DNA of 64,000 nt, from IMG/VR virus record IMGVR_UViG_3300047375_000738; one strand, written 5' to 3'. The stretch's first letter is position 1. Each line of letters begins with the position of its first letter. Below are positions 45,779 to 55,561 of this stretch, one piece after another. Made by a program: the position numbers and the translations under genes. The notes under the pieces were generated by a model that was not told the origin of the DNA, searched no databases, and saw only the letters and a list, made by a program, of their open reading frames with translations. Origin of the DNA: a virus (Duplodnaviria; Caudoviricetes).

Positions 45779-47248
45779 TTACGTTGTTGCAGCAGCCGTG
45801 CATACCTTTACTCCATAATGCTTTTCAAATGCTAGTGCATCTTCTGTAGTATTTACAATAGGTTTGCCTTTGATATTAAGCGAGGTATTTAGTAACATCG
45901 GACAACCTGTTTTTGCATACCATGCTTCTAACAGTTTTCTAATTCCGCTATTGTTGTTTGGTACTGTTTGTACTCTGCTTGTTCCGTCTGCGTGACAGAT
46001 TGCAGGGTACAATTCTGGATGTTTACAGGTTGAGGTATACTGCATATAATTGTTGTAGTATCCTTCAAAGTTATCACTTGCATGTTCTTCAAGCACTACT
46101 GGTGCAAATGGTCTAAACTGTTGCCTTTGTTTGATGACATTGACTCTGTCTTTGATGTCATTGCCACGAGGATCAGCAAGCAAAGACCGATTACCAAAAG
46201 CCCTCGGGCCAAATTCTGCCCTACCCGACGCGACTCCGCAGATGCCAGTTTGGGCAAGTTCTTTGATTGTTTCTTCAACTGGATATTCTCCTTCTATATC
46301 ATATCCTAAGAACGCATGATCCATAAGCATAGTTTTATTTTTGTGTGCCAACACACACCCTATAGCACTTCCTGCATCACCCGGATTAGGCATAATCCAT
46401 ACGTCATCAAAATACTTATAGGCTAGGTGATTAGCCGAACAATTTAATGCGCACCCTCCCATGAGTACCAGATTAGAACTCCAACCTTGACTTGCTGCCC
46501 ATGCTAAAATTTGGTTAAGTAGTTCTACGTATACCTTCTGTGTAGCTGCCGCTATGTCAAAGTAGTCTTGTTCTGACTGTAACTCGGGCATCCAGTCCAT
46601 ACACCCTCGATGTAAGTTGTTGTTAAATGTTACAGGCTTGCCTATAGCGTCAATAAAATCATTGTAAATTGTTTGATATAATCTATCCGGGTCGCCATAA
46701 GCTGCCATACCCATAAGAATATACTCGTCTTCTTGTGGCTTTAAACCGATACGCTGTGTCATAGCACTATACCATAGTCCTACACTATGCGGATAACTTT
46801 GTACATATTTCTTTTCGAGTGTATCTCCTTTGCCGTGCCATACAGTTAACGTTTCAAATTCTCCAATACTGTCAATACAAACAACAGTGGCATCTGTAAA
46901 AGACGTAGTATAATAACCGGCAGCAGCATGGGAACGGTGATGAGAAATATAACTAACAGGAGCAGATATCCCATAAGATCGAAGATAACGATTGATATTG
47001 TTTTCCCTAAAGTTGAATCCTTGTCCTGCTCGAAGTTGTCTAATAGTTTTTCTAAAGGGTCTTTCGTACCAAATAATTTCATCAGGTTCTCCCCACTTTC
47101 TTGCATAATTGATTAGTTCTTTATTTAAGTGAGCATCGTTTTTTACACCGCTGAAACGTTCACTATGACTAGCAAATTCTAGTCCGTCATTTGAAAATAC
47201 TGCTAGAGCAGCATCATGACTGTTTGCACTTATCCCCCAAGTAATCAT
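45779..47248 (-). CDS. Carbamoyltransferase (NodU/CmcH/TobZ family)
   Basis: SHDAALA, HHRSHAAAG, GGCALNCSAN, PNPGDAGSAIG, EFGPRAFGNRS, FRPFAP, LLNTSLN; start moved to MITWGIS. Confidence 0.93.
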   Translation of the reverse strand: MITWGISANSHDAALAVFSNDGLEFASHSERFSGVKNDAHLNKELINYARKWGEPDEIIWYERPFRKTIRQLRAGQGFNFRENNINRYLRSYGISAPVSYISHHRSHAAAGYYTTSFTDATVVCIDSIGEFETLTVWHGKGDTLEKKYVQSYPHSVGLWYSAMTQRIGLKPQEDEYILMGMAAYGDPDRLYQTIYNDFIDAIGKPVTFNNNLHRGCMDWMPELQSEQDYFDIAAATQKVYVELLNQILAWAASQGWSSNLVLMGGCALNCSANHLAYKYFDDVWIMPNPGDAGSAIGCVLAHKNKTMLMDHAFLGYDIEGEYPVEETIKELAQTGICGVASGRAEFGPRAFGNRSLLADPRGNDIKDRVNVIKQRQQFRPFAPVVLEEHASDNFEGYYNNYMQYTSTCKHPELYPAICHADGTSRVQTVPNNNSGIRKLLEAWYAKTGCPMLLNTSLNIKGKPIVNTTEDALAFEKHYGVKVCTAAATT

Positions 47249-47811
47249 AGTAACTGTAATACCTCTTGTACGCCGTTGGCTACATTTGTTTGCCACGTGT
47301 CTGCTTGATGCGGTGTGCCTACATAATCAGTTATATACTTGTAGCAGGTGAATTGCACATTCATACGTTTGCATACACTGGCAATAGCATACGCTTCCAT
47401 ATCAACTATGTCAATTTTGTTTTCTATTAACCATGTTTCAAGTTCGTGTACAAACTGATCTCCTGTGCCTAGTGTAAGACTAGATGTCATATCAGGAGAG
47501 AAGTCTAAGTAAGGCAGTCCTGCTTCAAAAGGTGTAACGCCTCTTGGTGCTTGTGGCTCTGCGTTCATGTCACGCTGTACAAACTTTGTAATACGATGTA
47601 TACCATTTAGCTCTGCTTGACAACTTCCGACTGTACCGTAGTTGTATACTTCAGGATGAAAGCCTAGACTGTGTGCTTCTGCAATAGCTTGTGTTGCTGC
47701 AAATGCTGCATTAACTTTGCCTACACCAGTGTATACTACTTTGTAATCATTGGGTGCCTGCTTGTATGGTAGTTCTGCTTCAAGAGCAACTAATAATATT
47801 CTATACTTCAA
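47245..47811 (-). CDS. MTA/SAH nucleosidase-like (purine nucleoside phosphorylase family 1)
   Basis: TGVGKVNAA, NYGTVGS, GTGDQF, VDMEAYAIA, KYITD. Confidence 0.8.
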   Translation of the reverse strand: MKYRILLVALEAELPYKQAPNDYKVVYTGVGKVNAAFAATQAIAEAHSLGFHPEVYNYGTVGSCQAELNGIHRITKFVQRDMNAEPQAPRGVTPFEAGLPYLDFSPDMTSSLTLGTGDQFVHELETWLIENKIDIVDMEAYAIASVCKRMNVQFTCYKYITDYVGTPHQADTWQTNVANGVQEVLQLL

Positions 47812-48079
47812 TGTCGATATATTGTCCTTGTGTTTCGCCTGGGCTTACTGTTTTGCCATGTTGATCATATCTAGTAGCAGCTTGATCTCTTAGTGCTTGT
47901 ATTTCTTTCATACGCTCTTCTACTTGTCTAGTTTGATCTAATTTAAGATCTGATCGTGTAGCTGCTTCTACAACTCGAATACGTTCTTTTTCCATCGGCG
48001 GTTTAATATGTTCACTGTTAGGATACACATTAGGATGCCCGTACTGGCTTGCTTGTAATGCTTGTTTAATTTCACTCAT
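47801..48079 (-). CDS. Hypothetical protein
   Basis: 92 aa, overlap-coupled. Confidence 0.55.
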   Translation of the reverse strand: MSEIKQALQASQYGHPNVYPNSEHIKPPMEKERIRVVEAATRSDLKLDQTRQVEERMKEIQALRDQAATRYDQHGKTVSPGETQGQYIDIEV

Positions 48080-48198
48080 TTGTAAATAAACGGATCACGT
48101 TTTCTAAGTTCTTTTAGTCGCTTGCGCCAAGTAATTTCTTCCTTGATACGTGTGTATGGCCAAATAATAATTCGCCAAACTTTCTTAATTAAAACCAT
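48076..48198 (-). CDS. 40-aa basic peptide ending KRDPFIYK
   Basis: MVLIKKVWRIIIWPYTRIKEEITWRKRLKELRKRDPFIYK; overlaps both neighbours; not in ORF track. Confidence 0.6.
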   Translation of the reverse strand: MVLIKKVWRIIIWPYTRIKEEITWRKRLKELRKRDPFIYK

Positions 48199-49166
48199 TT
48201 CTTTGCTCTCAATCTAATTTTAAGTGGGCTGCTTTCGGCAGCATTTGCAATACTATACAATGTATATAGTCTACCGTATTTACTCACAGCATCTCCTACA
48301 TCGTTAATGTCTGAATCCCAAAGTGGTAGACTAACACTCCATCCTAGTTCAATAGCTTGCTCAACTAACTTACTACCTGCACTATCTCTGTCAGGCACAA
48401 CTATAACATCTTTTGCAAGTCTATTTAATAGCATTGCTTGTTGGTCATTGATTTCACTACCGCCTAGCGCACATCCATCTATGTGAATAGCATCTACCTG
48501 TCCTTCACATACAATAGCAAACACTTTGTTGTAGCCTTGTTCGTCAAGTCCATATACAAAGCCTGGCTGTGTTTCTGTAAGATACTTGGGCTTTTTATCT
48601 TCTGTAATAGTTCTAGCAGTCCATCCTACAATACGTTTCTCATAATAAAATGGAATAATAAGCCTGTCACGATACCCTAAGCTAGGGCTCCAGTAGTAAT
48701 CTGTATCATCTAAGTTTAAGTTACGAGCAGCTATATATTCTAGTATAGCTATACTAAACTTGTTGAAGTCTTTTATATCTGCAATTTTTACAGCATCTGG
48801 TGGTAGTGGTACAGTTTCAAACGTAGGCAGTTCTATCTTGCGCTCTGCTACTTCAACACCTTCGTTTATACGCATTACATCTAGTGCAAGTTTATTAATT
48901 TCGCTATCGGGTGTATTGCACCATTCTAGTAACTTTTTAAACTTGTAACTAAGACTACGTCCTGGTTGCCAACTAGCTTTGTATCCACAGTTGAAACAGT
49001 GATAGCTTATAACATCGCCTTCACTGATAAGTCCACCGCGACCTCTGGTATCAGTAGTGTTGCCATTGTTATGACAGCAAGGTGCATTGAAGCTAGTCCA
49101 ACCACTAGGTGTAGTTTTACGCTTCGAAGGCAGATAGGCTGTCAATAGATCAGATACAATGCTCAT
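48189..49166 (-). CDS. DNA primase (T4 gp61-type)
   Basis: Zn ribbon NAPCC...YHCFNC; RLIIPF; TOPRIM CEGQVDA and PDRD; sigma70 promoter 49173-49201. Confidence 0.9.
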   Translation of the reverse strand: MSIVSDLLTAYLPSKRKTTPSGWTSFNAPCCHNNGNTTDTRGRGGLISEGDVISYHCFNCGYKASWQPGRSLSYKFKKLLEWCNTPDSEINKLALDVMRINEGVEVAERKIELPTFETVPLPPDAVKIADIKDFNKFSIAILEYIAARNLNLDDTDYYWSPSLGYRDRLIIPFYYEKRIVGWTARTITEDKKPKYLTETQPGFVYGLDEQGYNKVFAIVCEGQVDAIHIDGCALGGSEINDQQAMLLNRLAKDVIVVPDRDSAGSKLVEQAIELGWSVSLPLWDSDINDVGDAVSKYGRLYTLYSIANAAESSPLKIRLRAKKWF

Positions 49167-49197
49167 AATATTATTATAGCATTGTATTAATTAGTTG

Positions 49198-49548
49198 TCA
49201 ATGATTTAATGTAATTGAATTAATTGTTCCAGCAGTCCATGTATCAACATATGCTCTTACCCATACATAGTTGCCTGTAAAGTTATACATAAACGATCCA
49301 GTACTTCCGGTGTATGTATTTTCTGTATCAGCTACATCAAACCAATCTGCTTCTACAGGGGTTGTTGCTAGTGTAGCTTGTATAACTACTCTGCCACGGA
49401 ATTCATTTGCTAGATTATATTGTACAGTATGAAATCCGTCTGCACGACTATAGTAACCGTCACCTTTGTATTTGTCTCCAGTTGCAGTTTGAGTAGAGCT
49501 ATCTCCTACATGAGACGATGCTGATAAAATTGTTTCACTATTTGTCAT
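49198..49548 (-). CDS. Hypothetical (probably virion) protein
   Basis: Beta-rich; TAAATA 4 nt before ATG; GNYVWVRA resembles the end of the upstream gene product. Confidence 0.5.
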   Translation of the reverse strand: MTNSETILSASSHVGDSSTQTATGDKYKGDGYYSRADGFHTVQYNLANEFRGRVVIQATLATTPVEADWFDVADTENTYTGSTGSFMYNFTGNYVWVRAYVDTWTAGTINSITLNH

Positions 49549-49560
49549 GCTGTATTTACC

Positions 49561-50349
49561 TTAATTTCTAATTAGAACCTTTGTTACTTTGTCTGTTGGA
49601 TCAGCAGTTGCTTTTAATCTTAGATAACTAAACACACCGTTTATATTAGTTGGTACAGGCTGAGACTCATTGCCAGTAAATGTGATAGTTGACAATGTCG
49701 TCCAGTTGTTTAGTCCTGTAATTTGATTATCAAGTGTCCCTTGTATCTCAATATCGCCAACATATGAATCTGTGTATATTGCAAGTGTATGTAATGCTTC
49801 GTTGCCATTAAGCCCAGGCTCGGCTGTAATCTTAGTTGAGTCATCGCTGCCTGCATACCATTGCGAATTTTCTTCTTTAAAATTAATTATTTCTTTACTT
49901 AATTTTGGACCTGGGTATGCAACACTGTCTAGCATAATTACGCCAGCACTTTCAAAATCTCTATTTGCATATGTAACAGTATTTGTGGAGCCGTTTGACA
50001 TATAGATATTATATTTTAAATATTGCTGTTTTACATTTAATAAATCGTTTTCAGTAAGCGATACATTAAACATGCCTTTGGTTGAAGTTGTACTACCGTC
50101 GTCTGTAACCGTACAAGCTCTTTCGATTATCTTTGAATTGTTTTCATCAAATATTACTATGTACGGAGTATCTGTTATCCATACTGGCTTTTGATCCGCA
50201 TTGATAAATCTAAATTGAATAGCGTTATCGATGCCTCTATAAATTTTTAATTGTCTACTATACACTGGTCTATACTCCACAACAAATCCAGTATCGTTTG
50301 ATACAACGTCTATTTTGTTTTCGACTAAATATCTAGGTATTAGTTGCAT
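49561..50349 (-). CDS. Hypothetical (probably virion/baseplate) protein
   Basis: Beta-rich; LKIYRGIDNAIQF; TAAATA promoter. Confidence 0.5.
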   Translation of the reverse strand: MQLIPRYLVENKIDVVSNDTGFVVEYRPVYSRQLKIYRGIDNAIQFRFINADQKPVWITDTPYIVIFDENNSKIIERACTVTDDGSTTSTKGMFNVSLTENDLLNVKQQYLKYNIYMSNGSTNTVTYANRDFESAGVIMLDSVAYPGPKLSKEIINFKEENSQWYAGSDDSTKITAEPGLNGNEALHTLAIYTDSYVGDIEIQGTLDNQITGLNNWTTLSTITFTGNESQPVPTNINGVFSYLRLKATADPTDKVTKVLIRN

Positions 50350-50382
50350 TAAAGGATCCTTCTTGTATAAGTATTTATCGGC

Positions 50383-50757
50383 ATGTTATTAAAAGAAATA
50401 GAGAATCAGTATCCATATATTAGTGTTGTCGCTTACGGCGGCAACGAATACGTGGGCATCATATCAAATCAAGATGCATTTGTAACAAGTATGTTTATAT
50501 ACACCTCATTAAAAACTATTGATGAAAAGGAATTATTATTAGACCTTGGAGATATTTGGTGGTGGGAATCAAACAGAATGATACCAATTAATATTTTCCT
50601 TAAAAGAGAAATGGAAAGATTTAATTATAGTTTGCTTACAATGAATAGTAAAAACGTTAAAGTAGTAATTGGTCCGTGTGTTAATATCAACAACTTGTCA
50701 ATCAAACGTGTTAAACGCAAAAGTGTTCAACTTATAAAACGATCTGCTAGTACGTAA
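50383..50757 (+). CDS. Hypothetical protein
   Basis: 124 aa; WWWESNRMIPINIFL. Confidence 0.6.
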   Translation: MLLKEIENQYPYISVVAYGGNEYVGIISNQDAFVTSMFIYTSLKTIDEKELLLDLGDIWWWESNRMIPINIFLKREMERFNYSLLTMNSKNVKVVIGPCVNINNLSIKRVKRKSVQLIKRSAST

Positions 50758-51307
50758 GACTTTCACAGATTAAATTTACATGTACAACACAAGATAATGC
50801 ATATGCTACAGCATGTGCTTTCTTAAAATAGTAACTGCCGTCTTCAGGCTTCTTCCAAACTTCTTTGAATATCGTTTGCCATGTTTCGTTGGCAAGATGC
50901 CTCTTGGCAGGCCGAATTATCGCTAGTGTCGCTGCTAACTGTTCTACCGAAGTAGGTTTCAATTGCTGCAATAGTTCGCTGTGCCCGTTTAGATGAAAGA
51001 CTTGATCTGAAAAGTCTTTGTGTTCCAATAGTTGCCATAACGGTTCCTTCTCCATTAGTGTGTTTAAGTGTGCTTCGTTCTTAACGTCTTTGTATATGCT
51101 TACGTTAAGAAAGTCTAGTTTAAAGTATCCACGTTCTTCTGCGGTCTTGTGTTCAATAGTAGATAGATTGTCTATAGGATTATGAGGACACTCTGTAACA
51201 TATACACCAGTGTTGTGTTTTTTACCTGTATCTAATTTTGCCACACGATGTTCTATCTTATCTAGTATAAGATTACGATCGGCAAAGTCAATATCAATAT
51301 CTGGCAT
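50747..51307 (-). CDS. Minimal DnaE (Pol III alpha)-like catalytic core
   Basis: PDIDIDF, KHNTGVY, GYFKLDFLNV, AIIRP, YFKKAHAVAY in 186 aa. Confidence 0.75.
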   Translation of the reverse strand: MPDIDIDFADRNLILDKIEHRVAKLDTGKKHNTGVYVTECPHNPIDNLSTIEHKTAEERGYFKLDFLNVSIYKDVKNEAHLNTLMEKEPLWQLLEHKDFSDQVFHLNGHSELLQQLKPTSVEQLAATLAIIRPAKRHLANETWQTIFKEVWKKPEDGSYYFKKAHAVAYALSCVVHVNLICESLTY

Positions 51308-51309
51308 TT

Positions 51310-52014
51310 TTATACTTTCGTGCTATCAAAACTAAACCAACCCGATGGCACTCTTATATGCCATCTATTGTCTATGATTTTGTAAATGCATTTGTTATCT
51401 AAGAATATATTATTTTTTGTTATTTCACATTCATAATTATTAGAAAAAAATCCTGAATGAGAAACATTACTTTTTCTACGTGGAAGCCATTGTAAATTGT
51501 TTACATAACCTTTGTGTATATGTTGGTACATTTTTTGATGCAGCAATTCAAACGGCCGGTTGTCAAAGACATAATCAATTGTATATTTGTCTAGTTCACA
51601 TTCGTCTCCCCAAAGCATAACATTTATTTCTTTGTCTGGAAAAAATTGAAAAAAAGAAAGTCTAGTTGTTCCTGGATGACAAAAATATTTATTGTTAAGA
51701 TAATTAATACTAATTGGATCTTTCCATTTAGAATTTGCTAGTTCATAAGTTATAAGTAGAGATCTAAATAATGCTTCATTACGAACAAAATGTATGTCAT
51801 ACAATTTTTGTTCTAACACATTTAATCTTTCACATGTTCTTCTATGTGTATCAAGTCCTATAAGATTTGTAATCTTTACAAGATTTCCAAGTGTAACTTT
51901 ACAAATACGAAAATTATATTTTTCTTTTGCTAGTAAAAAATGTTCTTTTGTTTTGATAATGTTGCTAGTTTGATCACATACATTTCCGTTTACTTTTTTT
52001 TCGAGATTAGGCAT
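51310..52014 (-). CDS. Hypothetical protein (paralog of 53119..53757)
   Basis: KDPISI...HPGTTRL; very AT-rich. Confidence 0.55.
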   Translation of the reverse strand: MPNLEKKVNGNVCDQTSNIIKTKEHFLLAKEKYNFRICKVTLGNLVKITNLIGLDTHRRTCERLNVLEQKLYDIHFVRNEALFRSLLITYELANSKWKDPISINYLNNKYFCHPGTTRLSFFQFFPDKEINVMLWGDECELDKYTIDYVFDNRPFELLHQKMYQHIHKGYVNNLQWLPRRKSNVSHSGFFSNNYECEITKNNIFLDNKCIYKIIDNRWHIRVPSGWFSFDSTKV

Positions 52015-52022
52015 GTTCTATC

Positions 52023-52313
52023 CTATAGTATAAACAGTTGCACCATAGCAATGCTGTTCATTACAACAAACCATGCACACAAGACTATTGCAAATGCTGC
52101 TTTACGTATTACTGTACTTATAACTCCGAGTATACTGCCTAGCAAATACAAAGGAATAAAAATCTTTGTTGCTGGGTCTAATACTGTAAATGTTAGAATA
52201 GCACTTGCAACAATCAATAATGTTGTTTCGACCATTTCGCAATAAAATGCAATAGGTGACAGCCTATAACTTTCTTTGCAAAAGTCTACAATATATTTAA
52301 TCAAGTTTGCCAT
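52023..52313 (-). CDS. Small membrane protein
   Basis: Three hydrophobic segments. Confidence 0.6.
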   Translation of the reverse strand: MANLIKYIVDFCKESYRLSPIAFYCEMVETTLLIVASAILTFTVLDPATKIFIPLYLLGSILGVISTVIRKAAFAIVLCAWFVVMNSIAMVQLFIL

Positions 52314-52704
52314 TACGTCTCATTTCTGCACGAATTTTTGTTGCACTTATGTTATGTATTGTAGCACCCAAATCGTGTTCTGTCAAGGTATATCCTACAC
52401 CTCTGCCATAACTAATATCTACAATATTAGGAACAATCATAATAACATATTCTTTGTCATATGTAAAACCTTCTTTTGCTAGTTCTTTTTTAATATTTCC
52501 CATAACATCTGTAACAATAAATGGATTATCATCTTGTGTTGCTGTACGTCCACCTGATGCATCAGTGTCTTGTGGCACAGTTCTAATCTGTATACATACT
52601 TGTCCTGTTTCAGCAAGAGCCCGCTTAAATAGTTCAGTATGACCAGCATGCCAAGGTTGCCAGCGTCCTAGCATTTGCGTTGTAGGTTTAAATCTATCAA
52701 ACAC
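52297..52704 (-). CDS. HIGH-motif cytidylyltransferase-like protein
   Basis: GRWQPWHAGH; ISATKIR. Confidence 0.75.
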   Translation of the reverse strand: MFDRFKPTTQMLGRWQPWHAGHTELFKRALAETGQVCIQIRTVPQDTDASGGRTATQDDNPFIVTDVMGNIKKELAKEGFTYDKEYVIMIVPNIVDISYGRGVGYTLTEHDLGATIHNISATKIRAEMRRNGKLD

Positions 52705-53122
52705 GATTAATACCCATCCAACGTTGTACTACTGGCATTAGTTGTTCGTGTGCATTGTCAAACCATTTCTCTACATGGTAGTCTACAAGCTCTGGCGTTT
52801 CAAACATATCATTTGTGTCTTCAAAACGGCCACGAGAAATAGTATCCATCCACACTGTATAATCTGGATTAAATTCTAACCGTGCTTCTGGAGTTGGGCA
52901 AACAAAGTCAGCAACAGCAATCTTGCCTGCCATTACAACACCGTCTGCTAGATGTTTCATACGTTGTGCTTGGCGCATACGTCCTTCTGGTGTAAAGTCC
53001 CAATCATCGTAACTTGTGCGTACTACGTCTGCGTTTAGATGGACGCCGCCAATTAGTTCTGCAAAAGGTTTTGCTAATGTAGTCTTGCCGCTACCAGGCA
53101 ACCCAAAAATTAATATCTTCAT
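52697..53122 (-). CDS. cysC: Adenylylsulfate kinase-like P-loop protein
   Basis: GLPGSGKTT, LNADVVR, DFVCP, FETPE. Confidence 0.7.
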   Translation of the reverse strand: MKILIFGLPGSGKTTLAKPFAELIGGVHLNADVVRTSYDDWDFTPEGRMRQAQRMKHLADGVVMAGKIAVADFVCPTPEARLEFNPDYTVWMDTISRGRFEDTNDMFETPELVDYHVEKWFDNAHEQLMPVVQRWMGINRV

Positions 53123-53757
53123 TTTTCCTCCATTAAATTAGGTAAACAAATTTTCCAGTCGTGGTCTTTTTTAAAGACTTCGATATCATTAAAATATACA
53201 GTATCGTCTTTTAAATAAATCTCAATATCTTCTTGGGTTACTAAATTTTTATAGCTTTGTTGTCTATCATACGGACGTACTTGTGTAGTAATATTTTCGC
53301 CCCATAATGTTTCTATTACTATATTATCACTAAGAAATCGAATACTGTCGTCAGTACGCCCAAATTTTCTAAATTTAAAATATATTATTTCTTGGTTAGG
53401 CAAATAAGGAATGAATAAAGAACGTTTTAATCCAGGTTGTATTTCAATTCGTTGTCCATCGTCGTGTATGGTAATTGGATCTCTAATGAATCTATCTTTT
53501 ATTAAAATAAAATATACATCAAGAAGTGAATTATAATTATCTATTGGGTTATGTATAAAGTCTCGATTTGTATATGATTGTTTACTTTTATTTTTAAAAT
53601 ATCTTATAACTAATTGATTCCATCGATTGTATTGTGGCGATGCGTGTTTAACAATATTTTTATAGAACTCAAAAGAAGATGTTTTGTGTACAACAAAATT
53701 TAAATCTCTTTTTGCGTATTCTAAATCGTCGATTGTTTTTAAAGAATACACAGTCAT
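53119..53757 (-). CDS. Hypothetical protein (paralog of 51310..52014)
   Basis: RDPITI...QPGLKRS; very AT-rich. Confidence 0.55.
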   Translation of the reverse strand: MTVYSLKTIDDLEYAKRDLNFVVHKTSSFEFYKNIVKHASPQYNRWNQLVIRYFKNKSKQSYTNRDFIHNPIDNYNSLLDVYFILIKDRFIRDPITIHDDGQRIEIQPGLKRSLFIPYLPNQEIIYFKFRKFGRTDDSIRFLSDNIVIETLWGENITTQVRPYDRQQSYKNLVTQEDIEIYLKDDTVYFNDIEVFKKDHDWKICLPNLMEEK

Positions 53758-54452
53758 TAGAGCATCGCCTTTTTTGCAATATTTTTAATAAGTTCAATAT
53801 CCTTTGGTTGTCTTTTAAATCGCATTGCCCAGTGACTTGGATCTAAAACATTGCTTAACATTCCTAACTGTTCCCCAGATAAACTACTTAATGCTTGTTT
53901 GCCTGAACTACAATTTAGTACTAGCCACGGAGATACTTTACCGTCTTTGATATCCCATGTGAGTCTGTTTTCATTTACATATCTAAAGTAATCGTTGAAT
54001 CGACTATTTTTCTCTTCAGCCCATTTTGTCATTGTTGCAATACTACGTTCAAGTGCAGTTTCAACGCCTTCTTTACGTATAAGCTCTACAGCATATGCTT
54101 CGTACATTTCTTCTCGGCACCAATGGTCGAGTTTTACATTACTAGTAACAACATAATCGATATACTTGTCAGGATAAAGAGGACGCACATTAGATACAAA
54201 ACTTCCAAACTTAACAAAGGCATTATAAAAACTACTCTTTGAAAACTCTTCATACGTTTTTTCTTTTTTGTGTCCTGCACTTAAAGTATAGAATCGTTGG
54301 AATGCATAAAAGCCCAACGTAACACGTTTTTCATCTTTTTGTAGCCAGCGTCTTTTGGGCTCACACATATGCGCTAAGAGTGTGCTTTCTTTAACATAAC
54401 TCTTATTACAATATTCGCATGTGTGTTTAGATGTCAACTTTGTCGTAACCAT
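53757..54452 (-). CDS. Protein with N-terminal C2H2-like zinc finger
   Basis: CEYCNKSYVKESTLLAHMC; start moved to MVTTK. Confidence 0.6.
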   Translation of the reverse strand: MVTTKLTSKHTCEYCNKSYVKESTLLAHMCEPKRRWLQKDEKRVTLGFYAFQRFYTLSAGHKKEKTYEEFSKSSFYNAFVKFGSFVSNVRPLYPDKYIDYVVTSNVKLDHWCREEMYEAYAVELIRKEGVETALERSIATMTKWAEEKNSRFNDYFRYVNENRLTWDIKDGKVSPWLVLNCSSGKQALSSLSGEQLGMLSNVLDPSHWAMRFKRQPKDIELIKNIAKKAML

Positions 54453-54897
54453 GCTCTTTGGCAAACTGCTTGATTTCTTTTTTTGTAGATATTCTAGCAA
54501 GTAATTCAACCTCGTCTAATTTCATTTCAGGATATATTTGTGATAGCAATTTTGCTGCTTTACTGCTTTCATCTTTTTTCTTTTTAAGACCAATCCACGG
54601 ATGAAACATTTTCTTTCCAGTTTTGCCAGCAACACACAATAACTGCCATTGTAGTTTGATGTGATTTGTTCCACCAATATCATTCCAGTTTTTATTGTAG
54701 TATTCATTTACTTTGAATACTGCTAATGCTTGGTCTTCGAACTTGCCTTTAACACTACTGATGTAACGATTGAGATTCCATAAGTCACCTTTGATATCTT
54801 TCTTACCAACATCACTTGCTGCATCATACAGCTCTTTGATGCCCATATCAATACTTGGAATAAGTTCTTTAAATAAGTCTAGTTCTTTATTTGGCAT
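54427..54897 (-). CDS. Possible clamp-loader small subunit (T4 gp62-like)
   Basis: LNRYISS, NEYYN, MFHPWI and helical C-terminus resemble gp62 homologues (by eye). Confidence 0.45.
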   Translation of the reverse strand: MPNKELDLFKELIPSIDMGIKELYDAASDVGKKDIKGDLWNLNRYISSVKGKFEDQALAVFKVNEYYNKNWNDIGGTNHIKLQWQLLCVAGKTGKKMFHPWIGLKKKKDESSKAAKLLSQIYPEMKLDEVELLARISTKKEIKQFAKEHGYDKVDI

Positions 54898-55561
54898 GCC
54901 ATTCCTCTACATCACTTGGCGAATTAATCTCTACTCCATTGTATTGTACACTCAAACAACCAATTTGCCAACCACTTTTTAGCCAGCGTAGTTGTTCTAA
55001 TTTTTCAACTTCTTCTTCACGTTCTACAGGCAAAGTAGTATACATTTCTAACGCATTACGCTTATATCCGTATACTCCTAAGTGCCAGTCACCGTAGCCG
55101 GTCATACCTCTTCCAAACCATAGGGCTTGGTCGCCAGCACGTACCATCTTAACTGAGTTAGGGTCGTTCTGTTTGTCTTCTTGCATTTGAGTAAACACTG
55201 TGGTAACAGGATAGTGTTGTAAGTGCCATTGTGCCTTTTCAATCATCTCTAGTGTTACATCAGGCATATCACCTTGTACGTTTATAAAGTTTTTGTATTG
55301 ATCTAATATATCAAACTTAGCAACAGCACCTGCACATCTTTCAGTTCCGTTTTCGTAATCGCGGTGATCTAATAGGCAATTTGCACCTATTACATTGTAT
55401 ATGTTTTGGTCATCAGTAAGCACATATGTTGGTATCTTAGACGCTGTACAAGCGTCATACACACGCTTTATCATAGGAACACCATCTAACAGTGCCAAAG
55501 GTTTTCCAGGGAAGCGTGTGCTACCGTACCTAGCGGGAATAAGAATAACTGATGATGTCAC
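54887..55561 (-). CDS. kdsB: CMP-Kdo synthetase
   Basis: IPARYGSTRFPGKPL, NGTER, NVQGDMP, HLGVYGY, EKLEQLRWL. Confidence 0.93.
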   Translation of the reverse strand: MTSSVILIPARYGSTRFPGKPLALLDGVPMIKRVYDACTASKIPTYVLTDDQNIYNVIGANCLLDHRDYENGTERCAGAVAKFDILDQYKNFINVQGDMPDVTLEMIEKAQWHLQHYPVTTVFTQMQEDKQNDPNSVKMVRAGDQALWFGRGMTGYGDWHLGVYGYKRNALEMYTTLPVEREEEVEKLEQLRWLKSGWQIGCLSVQYNGVEINSPSDVEEWHAK

